Shown here: positions 8,934 to 17,530 of the stretch, one piece after another | Numbering within the stretch: position 1 is the stretch's first letter | Layout of the letters: each line of letters opens with the position of its first letter | From: Caldisericia bacterium | GTDB lineage: Bacteria > Caldisericota > Caldisericia > JAAYUI01 | Assembly: GCA_963674785.1 (NCBI GenBank) | Contig: OY771555.1 | Coordinates: 608,001 to 672,000, forward strand | Direction of reading: 5' to 3' | DNA: 64,000 bases | Made by a program: the position numbers and the translations under genes | The notes under the pieces: model-generated | Told to the model about the DNA's origin: nothing | What the model saw: the letters and a program-made list of their open reading frames with translations, nothing else | The model's database searches: none

Positions 8934-10744
8934 GTCCTAAAGGAACCCTGAATTCCATTTGGGGCGATGCAGGAGTATTTTCCAATCCAGAGAGCACTCG
9001 CCCCTTAATTATCCTACGTTTTTATGCCGTAGTGGCACTTCTTTTGACCTCAGCGGTTCTTTATTTTGCAAAGCTTGATATTTCATATATCCCTGTTCTA
9101 ATAATCGCATTATCAGTACTTCTTTATAACTTTTTATTTCTTTTCATTATCCAGAAAAAAATTGAATTTCACGGATTTCTGGTTCTTCAAGTAACAACCG
9201 ACTGGATGGCGTTGTTTTTTGTAGCCCTGTATACAGGTGGAATAGTCAGTCCAGCAATCTATGTTTTCCCGGTTTATAGTGCGATTGCGGGTTTTCTGCT
9301 CTCATCAAGAGCATCACTTATTCTGACAGGTTTTGGCTCATTCCTAATATTGGTCATATTTGCAAATGACGTATCAACGGGTCATATTTCTTCAAAGGGA
9401 TTGATTTATCATATTGGTGCCTCACTGATTTATATAACAGTTCTTTTCATGATAACACTTCTTTCAATATGGATTTCTGATTTCATGAGGAAGAAAATTG
9501 TCACCATTGATGTTTTAAAAAACAAAATAGCGATTGATAATGAGAGGCTGAGAAAATCACACGAGCTTTCAATAAACATGAACGCAGACCTCTCACTTGA
9601 TCACACACTGAAAGCAATCACAAAAACAATATCAGAATCACCTCGAATCACCGCCTGTGTTATCAGGTTACTCACTGAAGATGGAGAAAACATTGAAATA
9701 AAAGACACATCGGGTGTTTCAGAGGAACATGCAGCAAGAGGGTCTGTAAAACTTGCAGATTGCCCGATAGACCTTGAAGCAATCAAAACAAAAAAGCCCG
9801 TTTATATTCCGAATGTTCTTCTGTGTGACAGATTCACCTACAAAGAAGATGCAAGGGCTGAGGGGCTGGTTTCAATGATTAGCATCCCTCTCATATCTAG
9901 AGACAATCCAGTTGGTGTAATCAGATGTTACACAAACTACGAACATGTATTTTCTGAAAATGATTTAAAATTCCTAAACACAGTTGCAACAAGCTCAGCA
10001 CTTTCTGTTGCAAATTCACAGCAGTTTCAAAAGCTCGAAAAACTCAACAACACAAGGTCAGCATTTTTGAGACTTGCAACACACGAACTTCGTGCACCAA
10101 TGGCAGCAGTTCAATCAATATTGAGACTCGTGCTTGACGGTTTCGCAGGCAAAACCACAAAAAAACAGCGTGAACTCTTTGAACGTGCAAACAAGAGAAT
10201 CGATAGATTACTGCAACTTGTTTCTGAGCTTCTCGAGCTTGAGGGATTTTCTGAAAAAAATATGGAATTTGAAATGGTCAATCTCCATGAGCTTCTCTCT
10301 GAGGTTGTTGCAGACATCGCCCCAAAATCAGATGCTAAGGGCATAAAAATGAGAGTCCACATCCCCAGAGGTGACATTCAGATCGAATGTGATCATGATG
10401 CAATCTACAGAGTGATTGAAAATCTGATAGACAACGCCGTAAAATATACGATAAGCAATGGTGTCGTGATGGTAATCGTTGATGAGCAGAAGGACAAAAT
10501 ATCAATAGAAATAATTGATAACGGAATTGGAATCTCAGAAGATGACCAGAAAAATCTTTTCAAGGAATTTTTCAGATCAAAAAACGCAAGAAAAATCGAA
10601 GTAAACGGTACAGGACTAGGTCTATCAATCTGTAAAAAAATAGTAGAATCCCATAAAGGCACGATTTGTGTTTCCTCGAAACTTGGTGGTGGAACGAGAT
10701 TTAAAGTCGAACTACCAATAAATCAAGGAAAACAGCAGGGTTGA
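8930..10744 (+). CDS. membrane GAF-domain sensor histidine kinase
   Basis: About 6 TM helices, GAF-like segment, H-box THELRAP, NLIDNAVKY, DNGIGI, GTGLGL. Confidence 0.92.
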   Translation: MSPKGTLNSIWGDAGVFSNPESTRPLIILRFYAVVALLLTSAVLYFAKLDISYIPVLIIALSVLLYNFLFLFIIQKKIEFHGFLVLQVTTDWMALFFVALYTGGIVSPAIYVFPVYSAIAGFLLSSRASLILTGFGSFLILVIFANDVSTGHISSKGLIYHIGASLIYITVLFMITLLSIWISDFMRKKIVTIDVLKNKIAIDNERLRKSHELSINMNADLSLDHTLKAITKTISESPRITACVIRLLTEDGENIEIKDTSGVSEEHAARGSVKLADCPIDLEAIKTKKPVYIPNVLLCDRFTYKEDARAEGLVSMISIPLISRDNPVGVIRCYTNYEHVFSENDLKFLNTVATSSALSVANSQQFQKLEKLNNTRSAFLRLATHELRAPMAAVQSILRLVLDGFAGKTTKKQRELFERANKRIDRLLQLVSELLELEGFSEKNMEFEMVNLHELLSEVVADIAPKSDAKGIKMRVHIPRGDIQIECDHDAIYRVIENLIDNAVKYTISNGVVMVIVDEQKDKISIEIIDNGIGISEDDQKNLFKEFFRSKNARKIEVNGTGLGLSICKKIVESHKGTICVSSKLGGGTRFKVELPINQGKQQG

Positions 10745-10795
10745 CAACCATATAATTTAATTTAATATTAATAATGTTTGGTAAAGGAGGCAAAT

Positions 10796-12079
10796 ATGCG
10801 CTACATTCCTGAAGGTAAACCTCAGTATGAGAAACTGCCAACAGTTTTTTTGAACTGGGATGAAATGTCTACCAAATTAAGGTCAGACAAGTTCAGTGGT
10901 TACATAGAAATTTCAGGCAAAGATGATGTTGGGTTTATTCTGTTTTCCGAGGGAAGAATCTCTGGTTCACTTTACGTATCTGAAACTGAAGATGACTTGA
11001 GAGGACAGAAGGCGCTCTCAAAGATCACCATGACAATCCAGGAGAGAAAGGGTTCACTTTCGATCTATTCTTGTACAACAGAGGTTTGCGAGCTTATCGC
11101 ATGGTATATCCAAGGAAACAGACTCTACACACCAATGGAATCAGTTTTCATAAACTGGGAAAAGTTCCTCGGTGTTATGAAAGAGAAAAAAATCACAGGT
11201 TTCATAAGGATTGCGAACCTTGTCTACACAGAATTCATCAGACTTGACGAAGGAGAGATCAAGGGTCATTTCATTGGCGGAAACGAAGGATTCTCAAATG
11301 AAACAGATGAACTGACATCAGTTTTATCTGGAAAAGATGCCGAGATCGAAGTATTCCTCAAAGCAGATCCATCATCTGTGGTTTCAAAACTCGAGCAATC
11401 ACATGTAACAAAAAAACCAGAGCCTGTAAAACCTGAAAAACCAGATCCAGTGACCTTTGAAAAGAAACCTGAAATCCCAAAAACTGAACCAACACCACCA
11501 CCAAGGAAAGAAGTCAAACCAATAAGCAGACCAGAACCAACGCCACCAAAGGAAGAAAAAGAGCCATTAATTCCTCCAGATGAAATCCCCGATCCATTTG
11601 CTCAGATGGAAAAAGAGGGTGCAGTGCCATTTGAAGGTTTTTCAAAAATGGGACTCGACAAAAAAGATGAGCCTAAACCAGAACCAATAAAAGAAGAAGT
11701 CAAAAAAGAAGAACCCTTCAAGATTCCTGAAAAGAAGGTTGACTTTGAGGTTCCAAAAGAAGAAAAGAAATCAAGGAAGACACCGACTGCAGGTGGCGGA
11801 CAGACAATGGTTTCAAAACCATCAGGAAGAATCGCATTCCTTCTTGACGGCATCAGAAAAGTTGCCCAGAGCAACATCGGCGACGATATTCTTCCATGGC
11901 TTGACGGACAGATCAACAGAATCCAATCAGTAAACCCAAAACTTACCAAACATGACCTCAATCTTCTTGTTGATGAAGTTGAAAGATATGTCAGACAGGT
12001 AAGACAGAATCCGGGCAAAGCCACGAAGCTTGCGTCACAGTTAAAACACATCATAGATAGTTTTGCATCAGATCTTTGA
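10796..12079 (+). CDS. hypothetical protein: duplicated N-terminal domain, Pro/Glu/Lys-rich linker, helical C-terminus
   Basis: ATG after AAGGAGG; TTGACA at 10741; repeats KFSGYIEI..LFSEGRI and KITGFIRI..RLDEGEI. Confidence 0.75.
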   Translation: MRYIPEGKPQYEKLPTVFLNWDEMSTKLRSDKFSGYIEISGKDDVGFILFSEGRISGSLYVSETEDDLRGQKALSKITMTIQERKGSLSIYSCTTEVCELIAWYIQGNRLYTPMESVFINWEKFLGVMKEKKITGFIRIANLVYTEFIRLDEGEIKGHFIGGNEGFSNETDELTSVLSGKDAEIEVFLKADPSSVVSKLEQSHVTKKPEPVKPEKPDPVTFEKKPEIPKTEPTPPPRKEVKPISRPEPTPPKEEKEPLIPPDEIPDPFAQMEKEGAVPFEGFSKMGLDKKDEPKPEPIKEEVKKEEPFKIPEKKVDFEVPKEEKKSRKTPTAGGGQTMVSKPSGRIAFLLDGIRKVAQSNIGDDILPWLDGQINRIQSVNPKLTKHDLNLLVDEVERYVRQVRQNPGKATKLASQLKHIIDSFASDL

Positions 12080-12095
12080 TCTGAAATGAAATAGG

Positions 12096-12127
12096 AAAAA
12101 GCAGCAGCCTCGGTTGCTGCTTTTTTT
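12096..12127 (+). terminator. intrinsic terminator
   Basis: GCAGCAGCC-TC-GGTTGCTGC followed by T7, A5 before. Confidence 0.85.
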
Positions 12128-12151
12128 ATGGGAAGAAATAGGAGTGTAAAA

Positions 12152-14854
12152 ATGTTTAAAAAACTTGGATTAATCACATTATCGTTTGTACTTTTTTGTA
12201 CATTAATAGGTAACCCTTTATATTCGTCAGCAGAAGAGACAAACTCAAAATTCATATGCCTTGCGGCATTTGATGAAAATAAGGTACTACTTTCGTGGGA
12301 AGATGTTCCATTTGCAGACTCATACGAAGTACAAAAAAATAATATGTCTCAAATAACTCTAACATCTGAAAAATCATTCTTCTTAGACACAAAAGTTGAA
12401 AGAGGGAAAGATTACACCTATAGGATAATTGCAAAAAATAACGATGACATAGTAGTATCTGAAAGCTTAGAAGTTCCAGTCTCAATGAATCATAAAGAGA
12501 TACACGAAAAAATAAATCTAAAATTCAAACTTGAAGATTACATGTACTGGGTAAATGGCGAAATGAAGGGGCCAATGTCGACTCCGCCAACAATAAAAAA
12601 CGGTAGATCTTTCCTAGTAATAAGGTATATAACAGAGGTTCTGAATGCTGAGATAATGTGGGAAGGAACAGAAAAAAAGGTAACAATTGCAACAAAAGAT
12701 GAAAACGTAATTGAACTATGGATAGGTAAACCAGTTGCGAAGGTAAACGGAGAAGAGGTTCAAATCGATGCAGATGATAATGAAGTTGTACCTTTTATAT
12801 CAGAGGGAAGAACGCTTCTTCCGCTCAGATTTGTTTCAGAATCGCTTGGTGCAAATGATGTCTTGTGGGACGGAACAGAAAGAAGTATCACACTTCTTTG
12901 GGAAGAAAAACAAATAGCGCAAACACAGATGGTATTGGGTGTTGAGGATATAAACAATCTTGAAAAAAACATCTTTAAAGATTCTGTCGGCAATAAGTAT
13001 GCAGTTGAAGGATTTCCAATGGTCTCAGAGCTTACAAAAGATGATTCTATTATTTTTTCATATGGGATTTCTGATCTGGATACGAACTTAGACATGGCAA
13101 CTATTAAAATAACAGAGTTTTCCAAAGTTGAATCTGAAAAAAAGTTTACCGGAGTAGTTGTTGCAAACGAAAAAGGTGAAACAGTAAATACACTAAAAGT
13201 TGAAACAGGCGAAGATATTCAGGTTCTATATTATGACAAGAAGTTTAATAATCTTTGCAATGTAGCCGATCAATCATGGGTCATGGTAGAAATTGACGTT
13301 AAAAACGACATTAAAAAATGGGGATATTTGAGAAATCAAATACATGAGGACTGCATAGAAAAATCAGTTGAGTTTACATCAATCGACTATGAAGCAACAG
13401 CTACAAAACTAAGCATAAGTCCAGAATACATTTCAAGTGAAAACGTGGACAGGTACTTTATTTTCGAAAATGATGATGAATGGCAGATTGAGAAAAATAC
13501 CTGTTACAAAATAAACTACAAAACAAATTGGCTTGGGAGAAATATTGTCACATCTATCGAAAACATGGAGTGTCCATGTGAATTTGAAGTTACTCCAATT
13601 GAAATAGAATCAGCAGAGATGTTTGGTGGAACAAAAAATAACTTCACATATGAACTTAAAAACACATATTCTCTTGAAAGTAGGATCGAAACGTTTGCGG
13701 AGGTAACAGGAGATAAAGAATTTCCTGGAACAATAAAACTAGCGAGGGGATTTGCACTTCTTGAAAAGAATGGATCAATAAAAGAATCGATAATAATATC
13801 ACCTGACAAGGAAGCAGAAGGGGAATTTATCATCAAATATGGTGCAAGGTGCCGAGAATTTGAAGACACATACACATTACGAATAAATATCACACCCGAC
13901 AACACGAATTATGAAATAATATTGCCAGAAAAAGTTTATGGTTCCAGAAATAGCTGGGAAGTCAACTTTGAAGGAGAAATAATTAACAACTCCGAAGAAA
14001 AAATCGATTTAGAACTTTACTCAAAAAAACTTGCATCTGAAACAGTTATGCTTTCGAAAGAGAAGTTTACAATTGCAGGAAAATCAAAAGAGAAGTTTGA
14101 AATAAAGATTGATATCCCCACAAGTCAAAAAACTTCTATAGGTGATATGAAAGAAATTGTTTTATTTTCAAAAGACTATGTTGGTGAAAAAAAATACAAA
14201 ACTAAGCTTGTATACGACATAGAAAAACATCCAATTGTCGATGTGGAAACCAAGTTAGATAAATCTACTAAAACAGTAACTTTAAATGCAGAGGTAAATT
14301 GGGAAGTATTCAAAGCAGATCATATTGAGGTGAAATGGGGTGATGGAAGTGTCACAAAATACGCTGAAGAATTTCCACTTGAACATAAATATAAAAAAGA
14401 TGGTTTATACAATATAGAAGTAACAGCATACACAACGCTAAGCAAATATAGACTGCCTTGCCAGGGATGGGGCTACAAAACAATTGAGATTGGCAAAACG
14501 CCAAGCTACCCAAAATTAGAAGAACTTAACGTGAAAATAAATGAAGATAACCCAACAAAAATAATTCTTACGTGTAACCCCAAACTGTACAAATATACTA
14601 AAGGTGATATATTTATACATATCAGATGGGGCGATGGTTACACATGGGGTCAAACATTCGCAAAAGATTTTAACAAGACATATCCACTAATCGATGACGG
14701 AAAATTAGAATACCAATATCAGAAATATATCAGACACGAAGATGATAAGCAAAGAATTATTTACGTTCAGATATTCTCAACAGAGGACATGGAAAATCCG
14801 GAACTCCTAAGATCATATAAGCTAAAAACAACAATCGAGGGAAGTACAAAATGA
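12152..14854 (+). CDS. secreted stalk-domain (copper amine oxidase N-terminal-like) protein with FN3/Ig/PKD-like modules, paralogue 1
   Basis: Signal peptide; PPTIKNGRSFLVIRYITE and EGRTLLPLRFVSE; WGDG motifs; start chosen after AGGAG. Confidence 0.8.
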   Translation: MFKKLGLITLSFVLFCTLIGNPLYSSAEETNSKFICLAAFDENKVLLSWEDVPFADSYEVQKNNMSQITLTSEKSFFLDTKVERGKDYTYRIIAKNNDDIVVSESLEVPVSMNHKEIHEKINLKFKLEDYMYWVNGEMKGPMSTPPTIKNGRSFLVIRYITEVLNAEIMWEGTEKKVTIATKDENVIELWIGKPVAKVNGEEVQIDADDNEVVPFISEGRTLLPLRFVSESLGANDVLWDGTERSITLLWEEKQIAQTQMVLGVEDINNLEKNIFKDSVGNKYAVEGFPMVSELTKDDSIIFSYGISDLDTNLDMATIKITEFSKVESEKKFTGVVVANEKGETVNTLKVETGEDIQVLYYDKKFNNLCNVADQSWVMVEIDVKNDIKKWGYLRNQIHEDCIEKSVEFTSIDYEATATKLSISPEYISSENVDRYFIFENDDEWQIEKNTCYKINYKTNWLGRNIVTSIENMECPCEFEVTPIEIESAEMFGGTKNNFTYELKNTYSLESRIETFAEVTGDKEFPGTIKLARGFALLEKNGSIKESIIISPDKEAEGEFIIKYGARCREFEDTYTLRINITPDNTNYEIILPEKVYGSRNSWEVNFEGEIINNSEEKIDLELYSKKLASETVMLSKEKFTIAGKSKEKFEIKIDIPTSQKTSIGDMKEIVLFSKDYVGEKKYKTKLVYDIEKHPIVDVETKLDKSTKTVTLNAEVNWEVFKADHIEVKWGDGSVTKYAEEFPLEHKYKKDGLYNIEVTAYTTLSKYRLPCQGWGYKTIEIGKTPSYPKLEELNVKINEDNPTKIILTCNPKLYKYTKGDIFIHIRWGDGYTWGQTFAKDFNKTYPLIDDGKLEYQYQKYIRHEDDKQRIIYVQIFSTEDMENPELLRSYKLKTTIEGSTK

Positions 14855-17487
14855 GCAAAGGTTTTTTGAAAATAACTCTAGCAATATTGTTGATAGCTAC
14901 TCTTATTCACATCCCAAAACTTGCAGTTGCCCAAAATGAAATTCCACGCTTTATATGTATGTCATATTCAGACAAATCAAAGATATTGCTTTCATGGGAG
15001 AAAGTGGCATATGCTGATTCATACGAAGTGTTGAAGAACAATAAAAAGATCTTCGAGGCAACAGATAAAACAACAGAACTAATTGATGGGAACACATCCC
15101 CGGGTATGAACTACAATTATCAGATTGTTGCAAAAAAGGGTGAAGAGATACTTGCATTATCACTTAGAACATCCGCATTCATAGAGGAAAAAGAGGAAAA
15201 TAAAAGTCTTTCACTAGAATTCAAACTTGATGATTACATGTACAAGATCAATGGTCAGATGGAAGGGCCGATGGATACACCACCAATCATCAAAAACGGA
15301 AGATCATTCCTTGTAATCAGATATATAACAGAGGCAGTTGGGGCAGAACTTTCCTGGGATGGCACTGATAAAAAGGTCAGCATAGAGACAAATGATAAAA
15401 CAATAGACCTTTGGATTGGAAAACCTGTTGCAAAAATAAACGGCGAAGAGATTCAGATAGATTCAGAAGATGATCAGATAGTACCGTTCATTTCTGAAGG
15501 AAGGACACTTCTTCCACTAAGGTTTGTATCAGATAATCTTGATGCAAGTGATGTAATCTGGAATGGAGATGAAAGGTCAATCACACTTCTTTGGAATTAT
15601 AGTCAGAAGATCATACAACCAAGGATTCTTCTTACAAAACAAACCGGTGAATCAAATATCTACAAAGATTCACTAGGCAACAATTACAAACTCAACAATA
15701 TGAATGAAGAGCCATCATCTGAAGTAATTGCACTAAGCTCGTACGAGATAGACAGATACACGGTCGAGAATAGCTGTGTTGAGCTTTCGACAGAAGAATT
15801 TGTAGTGATAGAAAAAGCAGATGCTCAGATTGGGAAGATATTATCAAACAGCTTTAATGGTGAAACTGGAAAACTATCTGTTGAAACTGACGGAAAAAAC
15901 ATCGAATTGTCATACGATAAAACATTTGACAATCTCTCAAGAGCAAGCGATGACTCCTGGATAAAATTAATTTCATCCGATGATTCGATAACGTATTGGG
16001 AATATCTGACAAACACTGCTCATGGCGGGACAGAACAACTTGAAATTGAGTTTTTGAATGTTGGACTTAATCCAGAAGAAATGTCGTTGAGTCTCGAGGG
16101 GGAAACAATTCTTTCAGGTGAAAGAACTGATGTCCATTTTATTTGGGATTCTTGGGATTATGACAAACTAAAACCAAACACATGTGGTAAAATAACATAC
16201 ACAAAAAACTGGCTTGGGAGGAATATTGTCCTGTCTTTTGAAAGAAACATCTGCCCATGTGAGTTTGAGTTAACAGGTTCCTCCAAAAAAGAGATACTTC
16301 TAAGAGGTGAGGATAACAATGACGTCGAGTTCATGGCAAAAAATAACTCATTTGTAGCAAAGGAATTTGAAGTCTTCTGGCAATGTGAAAATGATTTCCC
16401 GGGAACAATCAAACCACTTGTAGATACAATCAAGCTTTACCCAGGGGAAGAAGGCAAATGTGGAATCTATATCAAATCGGAGAAAAGTGGGGATGGGTTA
16501 TTTGAGATTTTCTATGGAGTCAGATGCGGTGATGTTGAGAAGACGGAGAGTGTCGCAGTAGAGTTGATTCCAAATCCAAATGATTATGACGCATACATAA
16601 AAGAAGAATTCGTCATCCCAAGAAATCAAAAGGAAGTTGAGTTCACGGCAATTGTGGAGAATAACTCAGAAAAAGCAGTACGTCTTGAAACAAAAGCTAT
16701 AGAAACAGAAAAATGCAGAATAACCTTTGAAAGAAAAGCAATACTTGTAGAAGGAAACTCAAAAGAAGAGTTTACAGGATTAGTAATATTTAGTGATCAA
16801 TATGACAGAACACCAGGTACACAGTTTCTAATCAATATTGAAGTTGAAGATAGTTTCACAGTAAAAAGATTCCCTCTGAAGATAAATTTTGACGTCGCAA
16901 AGATTCCAATTGTTGATATTGAAGCAACATATGATGAAAAAAAGAAGGAAATCACAGTTAATGGAAATGTTGACTGGAACGGGCTTCCTGAAGGAAAAAT
17001 TGAAATAAGAAATTCAAACCCAGGAAAAACATTCGCAAATGTTGAACTGCCATACACATTCAAAGCAGAAGACACAACGGCAACAACCATAACAGTCACA
17101 GCATATTCAGGGGGCGGAGAAAATGAGGGAGTTGGATATGCTCTTGTGACAAATGATAAATTCAATAAGGAGTTTAGAAAGTACGGTATAAAAGAACCTT
17201 ACATAATCAAACGTGGAAAAAATGTTACTCTAGATATCGACACATCGTTTAATATTGGAAATTGTCAAATGACACTAAGTGTTTTATGGGGAGATGGAAC
17301 GGAAAGTCGTGAAACATTCTCAGAAGAAGGGGATCATGTGAATGTAAAGATGGAACACAATTACGGCACCCCAATAAATGAAAAAGATGGAGAGAATTAC
17401 GTTATCCATATACGCCTGTATTCAAGCCCAAAGGGAATGTCAGAAGTCTTTCTCACCGACGTTCATAAGGTAAAAGTGGAGTTTTAA
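14851..17487 (+). CDS. secreted stalk-domain protein, paralogue 2
   Basis: Same motifs and domain order (NWLGR, CPCEF, WGDG); overlaps the previous stop. Confidence 0.8.
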   Translation: MSKGFLKITLAILLIATLIHIPKLAVAQNEIPRFICMSYSDKSKILLSWEKVAYADSYEVLKNNKKIFEATDKTTELIDGNTSPGMNYNYQIVAKKGEEILALSLRTSAFIEEKEENKSLSLEFKLDDYMYKINGQMEGPMDTPPIIKNGRSFLVIRYITEAVGAELSWDGTDKKVSIETNDKTIDLWIGKPVAKINGEEIQIDSEDDQIVPFISEGRTLLPLRFVSDNLDASDVIWNGDERSITLLWNYSQKIIQPRILLTKQTGESNIYKDSLGNNYKLNNMNEEPSSEVIALSSYEIDRYTVENSCVELSTEEFVVIEKADAQIGKILSNSFNGETGKLSVETDGKNIELSYDKTFDNLSRASDDSWIKLISSDDSITYWEYLTNTAHGGTEQLEIEFLNVGLNPEEMSLSLEGETILSGERTDVHFIWDSWDYDKLKPNTCGKITYTKNWLGRNIVLSFERNICPCEFELTGSSKKEILLRGEDNNDVEFMAKNNSFVAKEFEVFWQCENDFPGTIKPLVDTIKLYPGEEGKCGIYIKSEKSGDGLFEIFYGVRCGDVEKTESVAVELIPNPNDYDAYIKEEFVIPRNQKEVEFTAIVENNSEKAVRLETKAIETEKCRITFERKAILVEGNSKEEFTGLVIFSDQYDRTPGTQFLINIEVEDSFTVKRFPLKINFDVAKIPIVDIEATYDEKKKEITVNGNVDWNGLPEGKIEIRNSNPGKTFANVELPYTFKAEDTTATTITVTAYSGGGENEGVGYALVTNDKFNKEFRKYGIKEPYIIKRGKNVTLDIDTSFNIGNCQMTLSVLWGDGTESRETFSEEGDHVNVKMEHNYGTPINEKDGENYVIHIRLYSSPKGMSEVFLTDVHKVKVEF

Positions 17488-17530
17488 AACAAGAAAATTG
17501 AAACTGCTTTCAGTAATCAGGAGAGGAATA

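Noticed and set aside
11400-11790. Repetitive-looking DNA
   Set aside because: Low-complexity P/E/K coding linker with no fixed repeat unit
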